Assembly (NCBI GenBank): GCA_001543395.1 | Contig: LPNG01000001.1 | Span: forward strand, 87,760 to 151,759 | Length of the DNA stretch: 64,000 nucleotides | DNA from: Candidatus Alcium sp. F082 | GTDB lineage: Bacteria; Bacteroidota; Bacteroidia; Bacteroidales; F082 | Direction of reading: 5' to 3' | Part shown: positions 42,101 to 51,215 of the stretch, piece by piece | Numbering within the stretch: the first letter of the stretch is position 1 | Layout: each line of letters begins with the position of its first letter | Notes under the pieces: model-generated | What the model was told of the DNA's origin: nothing | What the model saw: the letters and a program-made list of their open reading frames with translations, nothing else | The model's database searches: none | Translations under genes and position numbers: made by a program

Positions 42101-45100
42101 TTATCTACACCAGCAAGGTAGACATTGTTTTGGCCGTTACTATTTGTGTTGTCCCAAACCTTAACCATGTCAGAGGCAATCATGGTGCCATTCATATAAA
42201 CGCCACCGCCATTCCCGTCAGTCTTGTTGTCAGTGATAGAGGCATCCTGATTCATCATCAAAGTACCGCCGTTATTCACATAAACAGCACCGCCGTCATT
42301 AGTATTGTAGTTCTGCTCCAAAAGCACAGCTTGATTCAACTCAAGGGTACCGCCGTTCTGAACAGTGATTAACGGGGACGTAGAAGTAACAGTACTATAT
42401 TCAACACCTTCTTCACCACCATTATTATAATAACCGTCCAAATCGATACCACGTATAATCATATGACCGCCATTCGGCACATCAACTAGTGCACCCGTAT
42501 AGGCTGCGTTGTCAGGATTGCCAATGATACCGACTTCTTCATTATACAATTCATGACCACCATTATAACGGTAAATCTTCACTTGACCACCTTGGGTAAG
42601 GCCATTCCATTCGAGGTCATCGTCGGCTGTCACTTGGTTAACCACATAGACTTCATCGCCAGGCAAGAAGCCTGAACGGGTAAAGATGGCACCCAAAGTA
42701 AGCATGGCTCTGTCAGGTTTCGTACCTGGATAGGAGTTCTTACCGTTAACACCATCCAAATAGAAGCGGTTGCCCATACCACGACGATACACCTTGATGG
42801 TAATCGTGAAGTCTTTAGAACCATTCGGATATTGAGTAGTGGTCTCGCCATAGTTGGTAAATCTCATGTGATATACCAAAGTACCCATCAGTTCAGGAGC
42901 GACAACTCCTACCAATTCCTCTTGTCCATTGTAATTCAAGGCGAAGTCGAATGAGAATTGCGTACGGCCACCCGTGGTACCCATTTCTTTAGGTGTAATC
43001 GCTGGCGGGCCTAACAACACCCTGGTGTCATAAACTGTGGGAGTAAGCTCATTCCAACCCGTTGTACCATCGTAGTTATCGGAAATGCTAAATTCCATGG
43101 CAAACTTGGTCTTATCAAAACCACCATCAGCAATATTAACCAACGTACCTGAGCCACCGCCATTGGTCGGCAAAGTAGCAGGCGTCCAGTCAATGCTTTC
43201 AACGGTGAAATGGGAATCAACGCCTGGTACATTCAAGTTGAAACGAGGTAACACCACTTGTACATGAGCCTCTTCAGCTGTAGAGCCATTACCGTTCATC
43301 ACAGCATAAACCTCAGTCTCAAAGTTACGGCCAACGATGGTTGAGGTATTGACAATCAGCTTGATCTTGACGATGTCTTTCACATTGCCGTTCTTGTCAC
43401 ATTGCACCAGATTAACCCACATCGGTTTGTATGTCTTGTTAGAGCTCAACAAGTCACTATAGGTCAAGCGGAATTTCACAGTAGGCATAATGTCATTGGT
43501 AGTATAAGTGAACTTATTGATAGGTTCACCCTCCTGACGTTTCACCAAGAATTCATCGGCATCATTATTGATAATCAGAGCAGGAGCTGTGGCACCTTCA
43601 ATTTGGGGTGAGCTTAAGGCATCACCTTCACCACTGAGGATGACCAAACCGTAGTTGACATCAGGGTTGCTTCTAATTTCATTTTGAGCCTCAGTATTGG
43701 CTTCAAGAACCTGTGCATGTGTAGAGGTATTGTAATAAATCCAGGCATCATTATCATAAAGAGCCGCATTATAGGTCATCAACTCCGGACCGTAATCAGT
43801 GGTGGTAGCAAGAGCAGGCGCAGTGCCCTTAGTTTGGAAAGCATAATAGTAATCATGGCCACGCCATGCAGGTAATTCAATCTCAACATCCACATATTTG
43901 AACACATTATTACCATAAGCCACCACATCGAAAACGCCTTCACGTTCGTGGATCTGGCCTGTAGTACGCCAAATACGGAAGTAGGCCTCACCCACCTTCG
44001 AGCCAGGAGTGTGGTTTTCGTAGGCCATCTGAACATTACCTTCATTACCTTCCAAATCAAACACGTTGTCGCTATCGACATAGCTCACCCAACCACCATC
44101 GTTGCGGTTGTCATAGGTGGCATCATTGATATGGAACAAGTTATCGTCGTTGGCGCACCATCGCGGACGAGCGTATGCACAGGTAGCTTCGTTGTTGTCG
44201 GCAGTCATCATATATGCATAGCCGTTGAGCATGCCATAGCCAGGCTCATAGGAAACGTTGTTGCCTGAGCCACTTGCAATCTGCTTGTCATGGTAAACCT
44301 TAATGTAGTTACCACCATTCACACGAATCTTATTAGGCGTGGCACTCAATGTAGAAGGATTGACAACTGTGTAATCACCATTGTCATAAGTACCATCGAT
44401 TTGTTTCGTAGGCAACTCAGCCGTGTAAACATCACTGCACGAAGTGCTCCAGAAGGTCATGACTTGGTCGACGGGGGCATCCATGATGAGAGTGCTACCA
44501 CCTGTTACAATGACCGCCTCAGTAGCCTCATAGAGAGAATACACCTCAGTGACATTGAGGGAGTTGATACGGCCTTGGCCTAAGAAATCGACATGGACAT
44601 TATCCAATACAATGTAGTCGGCACGCTGAATAGATCCAAAGTTACGTGTAGCGGAATTGTAGGGACTTTGAGATTGACCATAGTTGCGCAGCATCACGGT
44701 ATGTTCTTTCTTACCAGCATCGCAGGATGTACCTGAGCCGAAAAGGCTGCCGTCGATACCCATGTAACCCACAGTATTCTTGTCTGAGGTGTTGGTGATG
44801 TAGTCTTTACCATCGACATAGACGTTGGAGTTACCAGATATAGTAGGAGCGCCAAACTGGTCCACGAAGGTACCCCAGTCGCCACCAGCCCAAACAGAAC
44901 CTGTGATCGACAGTTTGGAGATGGTGTATTCCTCTCCAGCCGACTCGCTGCCTAAAGTTTCCACATGGTTCGGTGCGTTATAGATGGCATCCTTACCCAC
45001 AAAGGCAAATACCGAACCGAAGCAGTTGCCGAAGAAGCCGGCGGCATACACCTGCTGGTCAATCTGACCACCACTGATGTTGACTACGCACACAGTCTCT

Positions 45101-47955
45101 TCGTTGGTAGCTGTTTCGAAGTCGCCAGGCTCAAACGAGAGAGCATCGTCGGCATTACGCGAGCCGCCATACACGTTGGCGAAGACATGGCCACCCATCA
45201 CGTTGACAGTATGGCGACCGGCTACATACACTTGGTGTTGCTCACCGAGTGCACCACCATACACGCTGCCATGCACCGAGCCGTTCTTCACATTGACGAT
45301 AGTACCACCATCAGTAGTGCCAAAGGCGCCGCCACCAAATACATTCTCGCTGATGTTACCGCCATTGATAGTAACCGTAGAAGCAACAGCAACTTCCTGT
45401 TGCTCTGGAGCAATTATCTCAATATCATCAATAAGCAGCCAATATTGGTCAGTACAATTAAAGTGGCGAATGGCAATATAACCTGCTTTACCAGAATAGG
45501 CACTTAAATTAGCTGAGAATTGATGCCATGTGCCTTGATCACGATTACCGCCACGTGACACTCCTTCAGGACCTTTATTTCCATTAGCAGGCAATGTCCA
45601 TTCGTTAACCAAAACGAAAGAAGAAGCGTTGTTATCTGTAATAGAAACAAACACGCCAAAATGCTCTTCCGAATAATTACCATCTTGAGCACAAGCCCAA
45701 AAACTGATGCTGCCACCTAGATTCACACGTGGGGAAACCAAATAGTTGTCTGGTGTTAAAGCACCGACATTGTTAATATAAGAAGCAGAGGCGGCAACAC
45801 CAGTACCATTATGTCCACCGAAATCCGTACTAGCCTGCCAGTTATAATTATCACCATCGGCATCAATCGTTGTCCAATTGCCCAATGTACCATCAGCAAA
45901 ATCATATGTTAACGTTCCGAAAAGGCCTGGTTCAACAGCACTTTCTGCTCCAATATTTCCATTCTCACCGCCACCATACACATTGGCGATGGTGCCGCCA
46001 GTAACTTCCACAAAGGTTTGGCCAATAACTTCAGCAGAAGAAGAAGTAGCACCCTTGCCAGCGCCATACACATCCTTCATGGTGCCACCGCTGACCTTAA
46101 CGTTGGTATTACCCGTTACGGTACCTTCCTCACCACCGCCATACACATTATTATTAATAGTGCCACCAGAGATGTTGACAGAGGTGCCAGCCGCCATATT
46201 GGTAGCAGATCCATATCCACCACCGAACACATTGGTGACGGTACCGCCTCCGACATTCACAGTGGCAAGACCCGCCACTGCACCAGATGCGTTGGCACCT
46301 CCATAGAGTGATCCAACAACCTTACCACCTTTCATGGTAACCGTTGTCTTGGCCTCGCTACGGGCTCGGTTGGCACCACCGAACACGGAACCACTCACGG
46401 TAAGTGTATTCGCGCCTCCGCCAAGCACCCACACTTCGGTGTCATCGGTGCAGTAACCGTTGTTACCTCCGCCATACACATTACCAGCAATCTGGGCTTC
46501 GTCTGCTACGACAACGAAAGATTTTTGAACAGTATATCTATTATCTGCAGTGGCATAATTACCATAGCCGGATCCGAAGACGCCTTCACCGCTATCAGTT
46601 TGTTTTGCATTACCACCAAAATAAATATAGGTATTACCTTCGGTCACACCATTCTCATCGGTGGAATTGTCTGTACCATAACAACCACCTGCAACCCAAT
46701 CAGTAAATGTACCACCAGTAATAACAGTCTTTCTGCTTCCATATGCTGTTGAGTGCTGTCCTGAACCATATAAATATTGATTGATTGTGCCACCTTTAAT
46801 GCGCATATTTAAGGTGAGTGTAGTGGCACTTACTCCTCTTTCAATACCACCAGCAATACCTCCTTGGAACACGCCTCCTAAGACTTCAAGGTATCGCGGC
46901 GCCTGGGTATTGTATGAACTACTATTGGCTTCATAGCCCATGTATAACTCTGTATTGTCTCCTGTGGAGCCAAATGTACCGCTCATGGCTGTGACTTTAG
47001 CAGTGCCGTTTGCTGAAGTCAAGTTAAAGTTGTAAGCCACCTCCGCTTGTTGAGCAATGGTAAGATTGGTATTCGTCTTCTTGGCACGGTCGTAGTCGCA
47101 ACCAAGTGTCATTTTCCATGTGTTGGCAGAACCAGTTCTTGTATTTCTATATCCATAGAACATATAAGCTCGGGTAAAACTACCACTTTCAATGCGCAAG
47201 TTAAAACTATTAATAGTGACATTACCACCATTGGTGCCATAATAGCCATAAATCCTACTAATAGCATTGCTACAAGTTATACCACGACCGATGATTAGGC
47301 TGTTGCCTTGGCCATTAAGGTAGGTGTTTTCACCTGCTCTAGACAATGTGGCATTCTCAAACTTTGTGTTAGCTCGGCAATTGAAATAATTATTATAGTT
47401 GTCGCTATAGCCAAAAGTGATAGTTCTTTTAGTTCCCGCACCCGTTGCAGGATCAAGTGTAGTATAAGTAACAGGAACGTTCAATCCATTTCCGTATAGG
47501 GTCGTGTTTGAAGAGAGGTAAACAAAGTTGCGCTCATAACCAACCGAAGCCTCAAGGCCATTGGTCGTGTTACTTGTCACGACATAGGCTCTTGCCCAAA
47601 CTGCTTCAAATTCCACTTCATTGCCATCGCTGTTGTTGGTAACAAATTGGATTTCCGTTTCGGCAGGAATAATGCTACCCACATTATAACCATTAATGGT
47701 CACGCCATTGAGGCTCTTCACACGCCAACCATAGAAACCTGTATAATACTTTGTGCCTTGTAAAGTGAAAGAAGGACGCACACTGAACGGGTTCGGAATC
47801 AGCGTATAGGCCAAGTTGCCAGTACCGGCATCACCATTGGCACGCTCGAGGGTCTTCAGATAGATGAAAGTGTCTTCTTCATCAGAAGGACCGACTTTCA
47901 CACCTGTAGCATCGCTAAGGTTACCAGAAGGTGTAGCACCTGTAGAGGTGTACAT
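39121..47955 (-). CDS. Giant beta-helix-repeat surface protein with T9SS C-terminal sorting domain, 2944 aa (probable C-terminal part of a split ~3,460-aa gene)
   Basis: Dozens of V[YF]GGG..G.V.G.T.V.V.GG units. Also a cleaved-adhesin/choice-of-anchor-like module (DGTLGNWTTIDADGDNYNWQ...LVSPRVNL) and a C-terminal GVYMLRISEGNSTKVQKVVVR. No signal peptide at its own N-terminus. Confidence 0.85.
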   Translation of the reverse strand: MYTSTGATPSGNLSDATGVKVGPSDEEDTFIYLKTLERANGDAGTGNLAYTLIPNPFSVRPSFTLQGTKYYTGFYGWRVKSLNGVTINGYNVGSIIPAETEIQFVTNNSDGNEVEFEAVWARAYVVTSNTTNGLEASVGYERNFVYLSSNTTLYGNGLNVPVTYTTLDPATGAGTKRTITFGYSDNYNNYFNCRANTKFENATLSRAGENTYLNGQGNSLIIGRGITCSNAISRIYGYYGTNGGNVTINSFNLRIESGSFTRAYMFYGYRNTRTGSANTWKMTLGCDYDRAKKTNTNLTIAQQAEVAYNFNLTSANGTAKVTAMSGTFGSTGDNTELYMGYEANSSSYNTQAPRYLEVLGGVFQGGIAGGIERGVSATTLTLNMRIKGGTINQYLYGSGQHSTAYGSRKTVITGGTFTDWVAGGCYGTDNSTDENGVTEGNTYIYFGGNAKQTDSGEGVFGSGYGNYATADNRYTVQKSFVVVADEAQIAGNVYGGGNNGYCTDDTEVWVLGGGANTLTVSGSVFGGANRARSEAKTTVTMKGGKVVGSLYGGANASGAVAGLATVNVGGGTVTNVFGGGYGSATNMAAGTSVNISGGTINNNVYGGGEEGTVTGNTNVKVSGGTMKDVYGAGKGATSSSAEVIGQTFVEVTGGTIANVYGGGENGNIGAESAVEPGLFGTLTYDFADGTLGNWTTIDADGDNYNWQASTDFGGHNGTGVAASASYINNVGALTPDNYLVSPRVNLGGSISFWACAQDGNYSEEHFGVFVSITDNNASSFVLVNEWTLPANGNKGPEGVSRGGNRDQGTWHQFSANLSAYSGKAGYIAIRHFNCTDQYWLLIDDIEIIAPEQQEVAVASTVTINGGNISENVFGGGAFGTTDGGTIVNVKNGSVHGSVYGGALGEQHQVYVAGRHTVNVMGGHVFANVYGGSRNADDALSFEPGDFETATNEETVCVVNISGGQIDQQVYAAGFFGNCFGSVFAFVGKDAIYNAPNHVETLGSESAGEEYTISKLSITGSVWAGGDWGTFVDQFGAPTISGNSNVYVDGKDYITNTSDKNTVGYMGIDGSLFGSGTSCDAGKKEHTVMLRNYGQSQSPYNSATRNFGSIQRADYIVLDNVHVDFLGQGRINSLNVTEVYSLYEATEAVIVTGGSTLIMDAPVDQVMTFWSTSCSDVYTAELPTKQIDGTYDNGDYTVVNPSTLSATPNKIRVNGGNYIKVYHDKQIASGSGNNVSYEPGYGMLNGYAYMMTADNNEATCAYARPRWCANDDNLFHINDATYDNRNDGGWVSYVDSDNVFDLEGNEGNVQMAYENHTPGSKVGEAYFRIWRTTGQIHEREGVFDVVAYGNNVFKYVDVEIELPAWRGHDYYYAFQTKGTAPALATTTDYGPELMTYNAALYDNDAWIYYNTSTHAQVLEANTEAQNEIRSNPDVNYGLVILSGEGDALSSPQIEGATAPALIINNDADEFLVKRQEGEPINKFTYTTNDIMPTVKFRLTYSDLLSSNKTYKPMWVNLVQCDKNGNVKDIVKIKLIVNTSTIVGRNFETEVYAVMNGNGSTAEEAHVQVVLPRFNLNVPGVDSHFTVESIDWTPATLPTNGGGSGTLVNIADGGFDKTKFAMEFSISDNYDGTTGWNELTPTVYDTRVLLGPPAITPKEMGTTGGRTQFSFDFALNYNGQEELVGVVAPELMGTLVYHMRFTNYGETTTQYPNGSKDFTITIKVYRRGMGNRFYLDGVNGKNSYPGTKPDRAMLTLGAIFTRSGFLPGDEVYVVNQVTADDDLEWNGLTQGGQVKIYRYNGGHELYNEEVGIIGNPDNAAYTGALVDVPNGGHMIIRGIDLDGYYNNGGEEGVEYSTVTSTSPLITVQNGGTLELNQAVLLEQNYNTNDGGAVYVNNGGTLMMNQDASITDNKTDGNGGGVYMNGTMIASDMVKVWDNTNSNGQNNVYLAGVDKKLQIGEDNDSENYKELAYVENDAAHSAFIGLSKPIDYFVAGIAEVVYSNELAWLDEPHETQAIIVHDGEIYKLETGADPNILYWIDTWVTWVTSQPEGFSIDNIDSEEDLAWVISLVNGENGCDPDDFTNKKVIIKKDLDMHEHTWVPIGERNNVFKGEFEGNGFVIEGLVSSLYRTDLGMFGITEGANIHDMVAVANFNGVANNYATVIGTMRGGTLANIEAAGNLTGDDEFAQNIGGLVAVAEEGSTIHSSFAVNTIIAQRDETTVGGLVAVNGADLYNSYSNVTVTGTQATSIGGLVGVNNGHVENCYAAIGEQTFPAFAYDNSDGEITICYADASNGYVGIPGNETSLTGHGLYSAPLDRKAIGYMYDDNKITFADGQSNNCVATAITYSGGKINRWPGMLDALNQWVKTHTGYTKWFRPTSGDINSDLPILGFDTDNSLASTDGKFLRYSSIYDGANGLDNLFARFDGKSVKMFLYGKAVDVTKGNGDNMLFINEDAVLLQKEATNGKAMASIKAVVGITFDNSSKSAHDYYGNLLEYDWHLMSTPLSDAPMGTTYGGQALHGAPANILTMVGNYMPNGLLDQTEVTWDLYTYYEPQYHWINFKRGSDSHWHYDDPYDQIMYTNETTFTPGRGYMMAISKDSYLSNTGTLNNKEVKINLTISGDQENDPAPTKDWGSNLVGNPYQAYLDLAKVASENGFGGYATANGFYIYDADNGTYGPYITNASVNTAVPSQFIHPHQAFFVVIEGREGTEKELKFTYDMATATPNETSYFRGEEQPRYPVVNLFAENETGNRDLAIIELLRPEIGGVRKVNNLRNANFKIAAHLEGTSYGLVFTPEGTDRVPVRFITDEDGTFTLTWNTQNGDFTSLLLVDNMTGTITDMLRSDHYTFDATTDDYVSRFYITFAVTDVEEYNESDNDFAWFDGSEWVINGKGNLDVVDVLGRTIYSTRLTNDQNRVNLNNVAKGVYMLRISEGNSTKVQKVVVR

Positions 47956-47971
47956 TTTACCATTACCATAA

Positions 47972-49528
47972 TTAAGTAATCTTCACATCAGCAGGATTGA
48001 GACTACGGATGGGATTAGTAGCATCGCTATAGTAGCTCCAGCTATGGTCTTCAAAATCGTTGAGGATAACAACGCCACCATATGTGCCGCTATTGCCACC
48101 GCCAGGCAGATACATCTCAGTCACCACATTCGAAGGGTCGTAGTTTTGGTCAACAACTCCATCGGTCACTTTATAGGCAATCACTTTTACCGTAGTACCA
48201 GGATGGAGGTCATTCACTGTAACCGATGTTCCAGTTGTCACCTCCGTGCCATTGGTCGTGCTGGGGGTAGAGCCGTCCGTAGTATAGCGGATGACGTAGT
48301 TATCTTCCCAAGAGATTGTAGCTGTACCCGTATTGTTATTATCTACGATAGTAATTGAAGGATCAGGCACTTGCAGCTTTGCGAAGTTGTATAGGATCAC
48401 AGCAGACTGCTTGGCACAAGTTTGGGCAACGATACGGAACTTGAAATTGGTATTGGGGCTAGTCCATTCGAAATGCACCTTGCCAGGCATCGCACCGTTC
48501 CATCCATCGGGAGCCACATAGGTACCCACATTATTAGGATTACCATTACCAAGATAATCAGGATCCTCAGGCGTGCCGCCATTGTATGCGCGTGTATAAA
48601 TAACACCATAAGTTTCGTTAATATGGTCCGGCACTGCAGGAGGCGTAATGATGATGGTATTGCCATCACGTTCAATCAACGCATCGTTAGCATTGGGAAC
48701 AGGAGTGGCGTCAGAGGCATTGTAGGTCTTATCTGCAAAACCTTCACATGTTTGGTTGCCAATAACAGTAATTGCCTTCACCGTCGTAGGATAGGTGATG
48801 GAGAAAGGATCTTCATAGAGCATGCTGCTCGTACCCGGATTGCTGCCGTTAGTCGTATAACGGACTTGGGCACCCAACGTAGTGGGATAAAGCACAATCA
48901 AGTCGGAGCACACTTCCATGCTGATGGCAGGCTTCTGCAATCCGTAGGAAGTAGCAGGAATAGCCTTCACCGTAGCGCCCCAACCTTCTTCAGTATGGGC
49001 GTTAACGGCATCGAAATGGAAAGTGATCGGGCCATTTGACATAATGGTGAATTCATCAACGATGGTACCCGTCAACGTAGTGATGAGTTTGGCAGGATCC
49101 ACTGCTGTTCCTTCATACACGCTCAGCGTAGCATCATTCAGACGCATGGAGTATGTACCAGGAAGGGCGTGAGCGTTGTTGGTACCGTTGTTGTCGGTAT
49201 AAGCCGTAAACGACTCAAAATCCACTTGGACGGCATAACCAGCCGTTTCGGGATTAAAGGTGTAGGTAAACTCGTTTCTCGAGAACCAGTGTAACCAATA
49301 ATTGTCTGGACCTTTTGACGGACCGCCCGCATCGTAGAACTTCACACCAGAGGTTCCAACGTACGAACTGCCGTTGTGCATGTATACTTGTGCCTTAGCC
49401 GGCACCACAAAGATCAAGGCGCAGAGCGCCAGGAAAGCAGTCCTCATCACGAGGCGCACTTTCAGCTTGTGATTTTTCACTTGCATGATCGTTTTACTGT
49501 TTTTGGAGTTTGTAACTATTTGATTCAT
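47972..49528 (-). CDS. Signal-peptide-bearing N-terminal fragment of the giant adhesin gene, 518 aa
   Basis: Signal peptide ...MRTAFLALCALIFVVPAKAQ. Two chitobiase/hexosaminidase-C-like modules (VRYTTNGSNPGTSSMLYEDPFSI; IRYTTDGSTPSTTNGTEV). No T9SS domain of its own. It ends 16 nt before, and +1 out of frame with, the 2944-aa ORF. Confidence 0.75.
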   Translation of the reverse strand: MNQIVTNSKNSKTIMQVKNHKLKVRLVMRTAFLALCALIFVVPAKAQVYMHNGSSYVGTSGVKFYDAGGPSKGPDNYWLHWFSRNEFTYTFNPETAGYAVQVDFESFTAYTDNNGTNNAHALPGTYSMRLNDATLSVYEGTAVDPAKLITTLTGTIVDEFTIMSNGPITFHFDAVNAHTEEGWGATVKAIPATSYGLQKPAISMEVCSDLIVLYPTTLGAQVRYTTNGSNPGTSSMLYEDPFSITYPTTVKAITVIGNQTCEGFADKTYNASDATPVPNANDALIERDGNTIIITPPAVPDHINETYGVIYTRAYNGGTPEDPDYLGNGNPNNVGTYVAPDGWNGAMPGKVHFEWTSPNTNFKFRIVAQTCAKQSAVILYNFAKLQVPDPSITIVDNNNTGTATISWEDNYVIRYTTDGSTPSTTNGTEVTTGTSVTVNDLHPGTTVKVIAYKVTDGVVDQNYDPSNVVTEMYLPGGGNSGTYGGVVILNDFEDHSWSYYSDATNPIRSLNPADVKIT

Positions 49529-49677
49529 TTTAATTTATGATTTATTTTCGTAACTATTTACAATTCTCTTTGTCTTCACCTGCTCGGGCTCAATCATTAA
49601 AAAAACTGCCCTTCGCCGGCGAGGCTTTTATTAATAAGGTGTAGTGCCTCTTGGGCACACTATCCATTTTAAGGCTG

Positions 49678-49685
49678 CAAAAGTA
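49678..49685 (-). promoter_or_regulatory. Candidate -7 box TACTTTTG for the adhesin locus
   Basis: 150 nt upstream of the track start at 49528, so the leader would be long. Low confidence. Confidence 0.3.
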
Positions 49686-49780
49686 CAAAAAAAATGGACT
49701 GGAAGGATATTTTTCTTAAAAAACATTTTATTTAGAATTAATTTTAATAGAAGAGTTGGCGTTACTGCACACGGTGCTTT

Positions 49781-49936
49781 AGATTCCCCTGTGGGGAATG
49801 GAGATGGGTGTAAAGTGGCCTGCGGCGGTCAATAACGTTAACGTCCCGTAAACGCTTCAAACCGCCGCGTGATACCTGATAACTATAACTCCATTGACTT
49901 CGTCGAATCAAAGATTTCCCGCGCAGCGGGAACCTC
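49781..49936. repeat. Nested-palindrome intergenic element (MITE/REP-like), copy 3 (right end rearranged)
   Basis: agattcccctgtggggaatggag ... gcggcgg ... ccgccgc ... ctccatt ... agatttcccgcgcagcgggaacctc. Confidence 0.7.
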
Positions 49937-49983
49937 ATACCCCTACACTCCAGCCCAAAACCTTCATTGCGAGAAAAGGGAAA

Positions 49984-50013
49984 CAAAAAAAGCGCCCATG
50001 GGCGCTTTTTTTG
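49984..50013. terminator. Bidirectional rho-independent terminator
   Basis: AAAAAAA-AGCGCCCATGGGCGCT-TTTTTTT, just downstream of the minus-strand gene ending at 50033. Confidence 0.75.
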
Positions 50014-50032
50014 TTTTGACATGATACCATCC

Positions 50033-50899
50033 TTACAGTTGGTTGTAAGCGGGCGAGAAGGTGTCGCCGAGGCTGACGTCGCCCGTGCTGATGCCTTTCC
50101 TCAGCCAACGGGAGCGCTGGGCGCTGGTGCCGTGGTTGAAGGTCTCAGGCATGGTGCGGCCGTAGGCCTGTTTCTGCAGGTAGTCGTCGCCGATCTTCGA
50201 AGCAGCGTTCAAGGCTTCCTCGATGTCGCCGTCCTCCAATGAGCCAAACAGCTTATTGTCGTTGTTGGCCCACACACCAGCGAAGAAGTCGGCCTGCAGC
50301 TCCAAACGCACGCTGATCTCGTTCGACTGTTTGGTGTTCTGTCCATAACGCGCCATCTGCTGATGTGCCTGGCCCAAGATGCCGAGCTGGTTCTGCACAT
50401 GGTGACCCACCTCGTGAGCGATGACATAGGCATAGGCAAAGTCGCCGTCGGCACCAATCTGACGACGCATGCTCTTGAAGAACTCAAGGTCAAGATAAAC
50501 GGTCTCGTCTGCGGAACAATAGAACGGTCCGCTGGCCGAGGTGGCGTTGCCGCATGCCGAGTTGACGGCGTCGCTGAAGATGACCATCTTGGGCGGCTGA
50601 TAGGTGCGGCCCATCTTCTTGAACTCACGGTCCCAGACGTCCTCGGTGCCAGCCAAGATACGCTTGCAGAAGGTCATCAGCTCCTGATCCACCTGACTAT
50701 AGTCCTGCTCGTCGACATACTCGGTTGAAGCACCCTGTTGCTGTTGCTCGAGCATGGGGCTGATGTCGACACCCAAGAAGCTCTTCAACACAAAATAAAG
50801 AATCAAGCCGCCAAGGCCGACGCCACCGGCGGTTGCCACCGCCCTTTTACCGCGGCGGTCTTCTACGTTCGTACTTTCTCTGCGTCCTTCAAGTTTCAT
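50033..50899 (-). CDS. YpfJ-family neutral zinc metallopeptidase (membrane-anchored)
   Basis: N-terminal RRESTNVEDRRG, one TM segment, and HEVGHHVQ (HExxH). Confidence 0.8.
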   Translation of the reverse strand: MKLEGRRESTNVEDRRGKRAVATAGGVGLGGLILYFVLKSFLGVDISPMLEQQQQGASTEYVDEQDYSQVDQELMTFCKRILAGTEDVWDREFKKMGRTYQPPKMVIFSDAVNSACGNATSASGPFYCSADETVYLDLEFFKSMRRQIGADGDFAYAYVIAHEVGHHVQNQLGILGQAHQQMARYGQNTKQSNEISVRLELQADFFAGVWANNDNKLFGSLEDGDIEEALNAASKIGDDYLQKQAYGRTMPETFNHGTSAQRSRWLRKGISTGDVSLGDTFSPAYNQL

Positions 50900-50929
50900 A
50901 GTTTTCGAATTTTTAAGTTAATTTGAGGG

Positions 50930-50937
50930 CAAAAATA
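50930..50937 (-). promoter_or_regulatory. Candidate -7 box TATTTTTG
   Basis: 31 nt upstream of the ATG at 50899. Confidence 0.45.
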
Positions 50938-50978
50938 CATAAAAACCAAAAGAAAAGGGAATTTTTCTGAAAAAACTG

Positions 50979-50986
50979 TATTTTTG
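50979..50986 (+). promoter_or_regulatory. Candidate -7 box TATTTTTG
   Basis: 30 nt upstream of the ATG at 51016. Confidence 0.45.
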
Positions 50987-51015
50987 CCCTACTTAACACA
51001 TCAATCATTTCTATC

Positions 51016-51210
51016 ATGAAAGCCTACGTCAACGACATCGAAGTGCGCACTTACTACGGCGCCAAAGTGAAATCGGTGGTGCTGGCCTACTGCCGCGCCC
51101 ACAACCTGCCCCTCAAACTCGACGACGTCGAGGTACGCGACGCCTACGGCAACATCATCGGTCTGGACGGATCGTTGCGCGCCAACTCAAAAATCTACGT
51201 CAAATTCTGA
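51016..51210 (+). CDS. Hypothetical small protein, 64 aa
   Basis: Track ORF with its own -7 box. Ends 5 nt before the 5'-nucleotidase gene. Beta-rich; no motif recognised. Confidence 0.5.
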   Translation: MKAYVNDIEVRTYYGAKVKSVVLAYCRAHNLPLKLDDVEVRDAYGNIIGLDGSLRANSKIYVKF

Positions 51211-51215
51211 AGGCC

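Noticed and set aside
47972-47975. Programmed +1 frameshift at ACT-TAA joining the two adhesin ORFs
   Set aside because: There is no recognisable slippery P-site codon or stimulatory context. A mutation or sequencing indel is the simpler explanation.
51016-51210. 64-aa protein as a ThiS/MoaD-like Ubl
   Set aside because: It is beta-rich and small, but it has no C-terminal GG, no nearby E1 and is 35 kb from the E1-E2-JAB locus. It is kept only as a hypothetical small protein.
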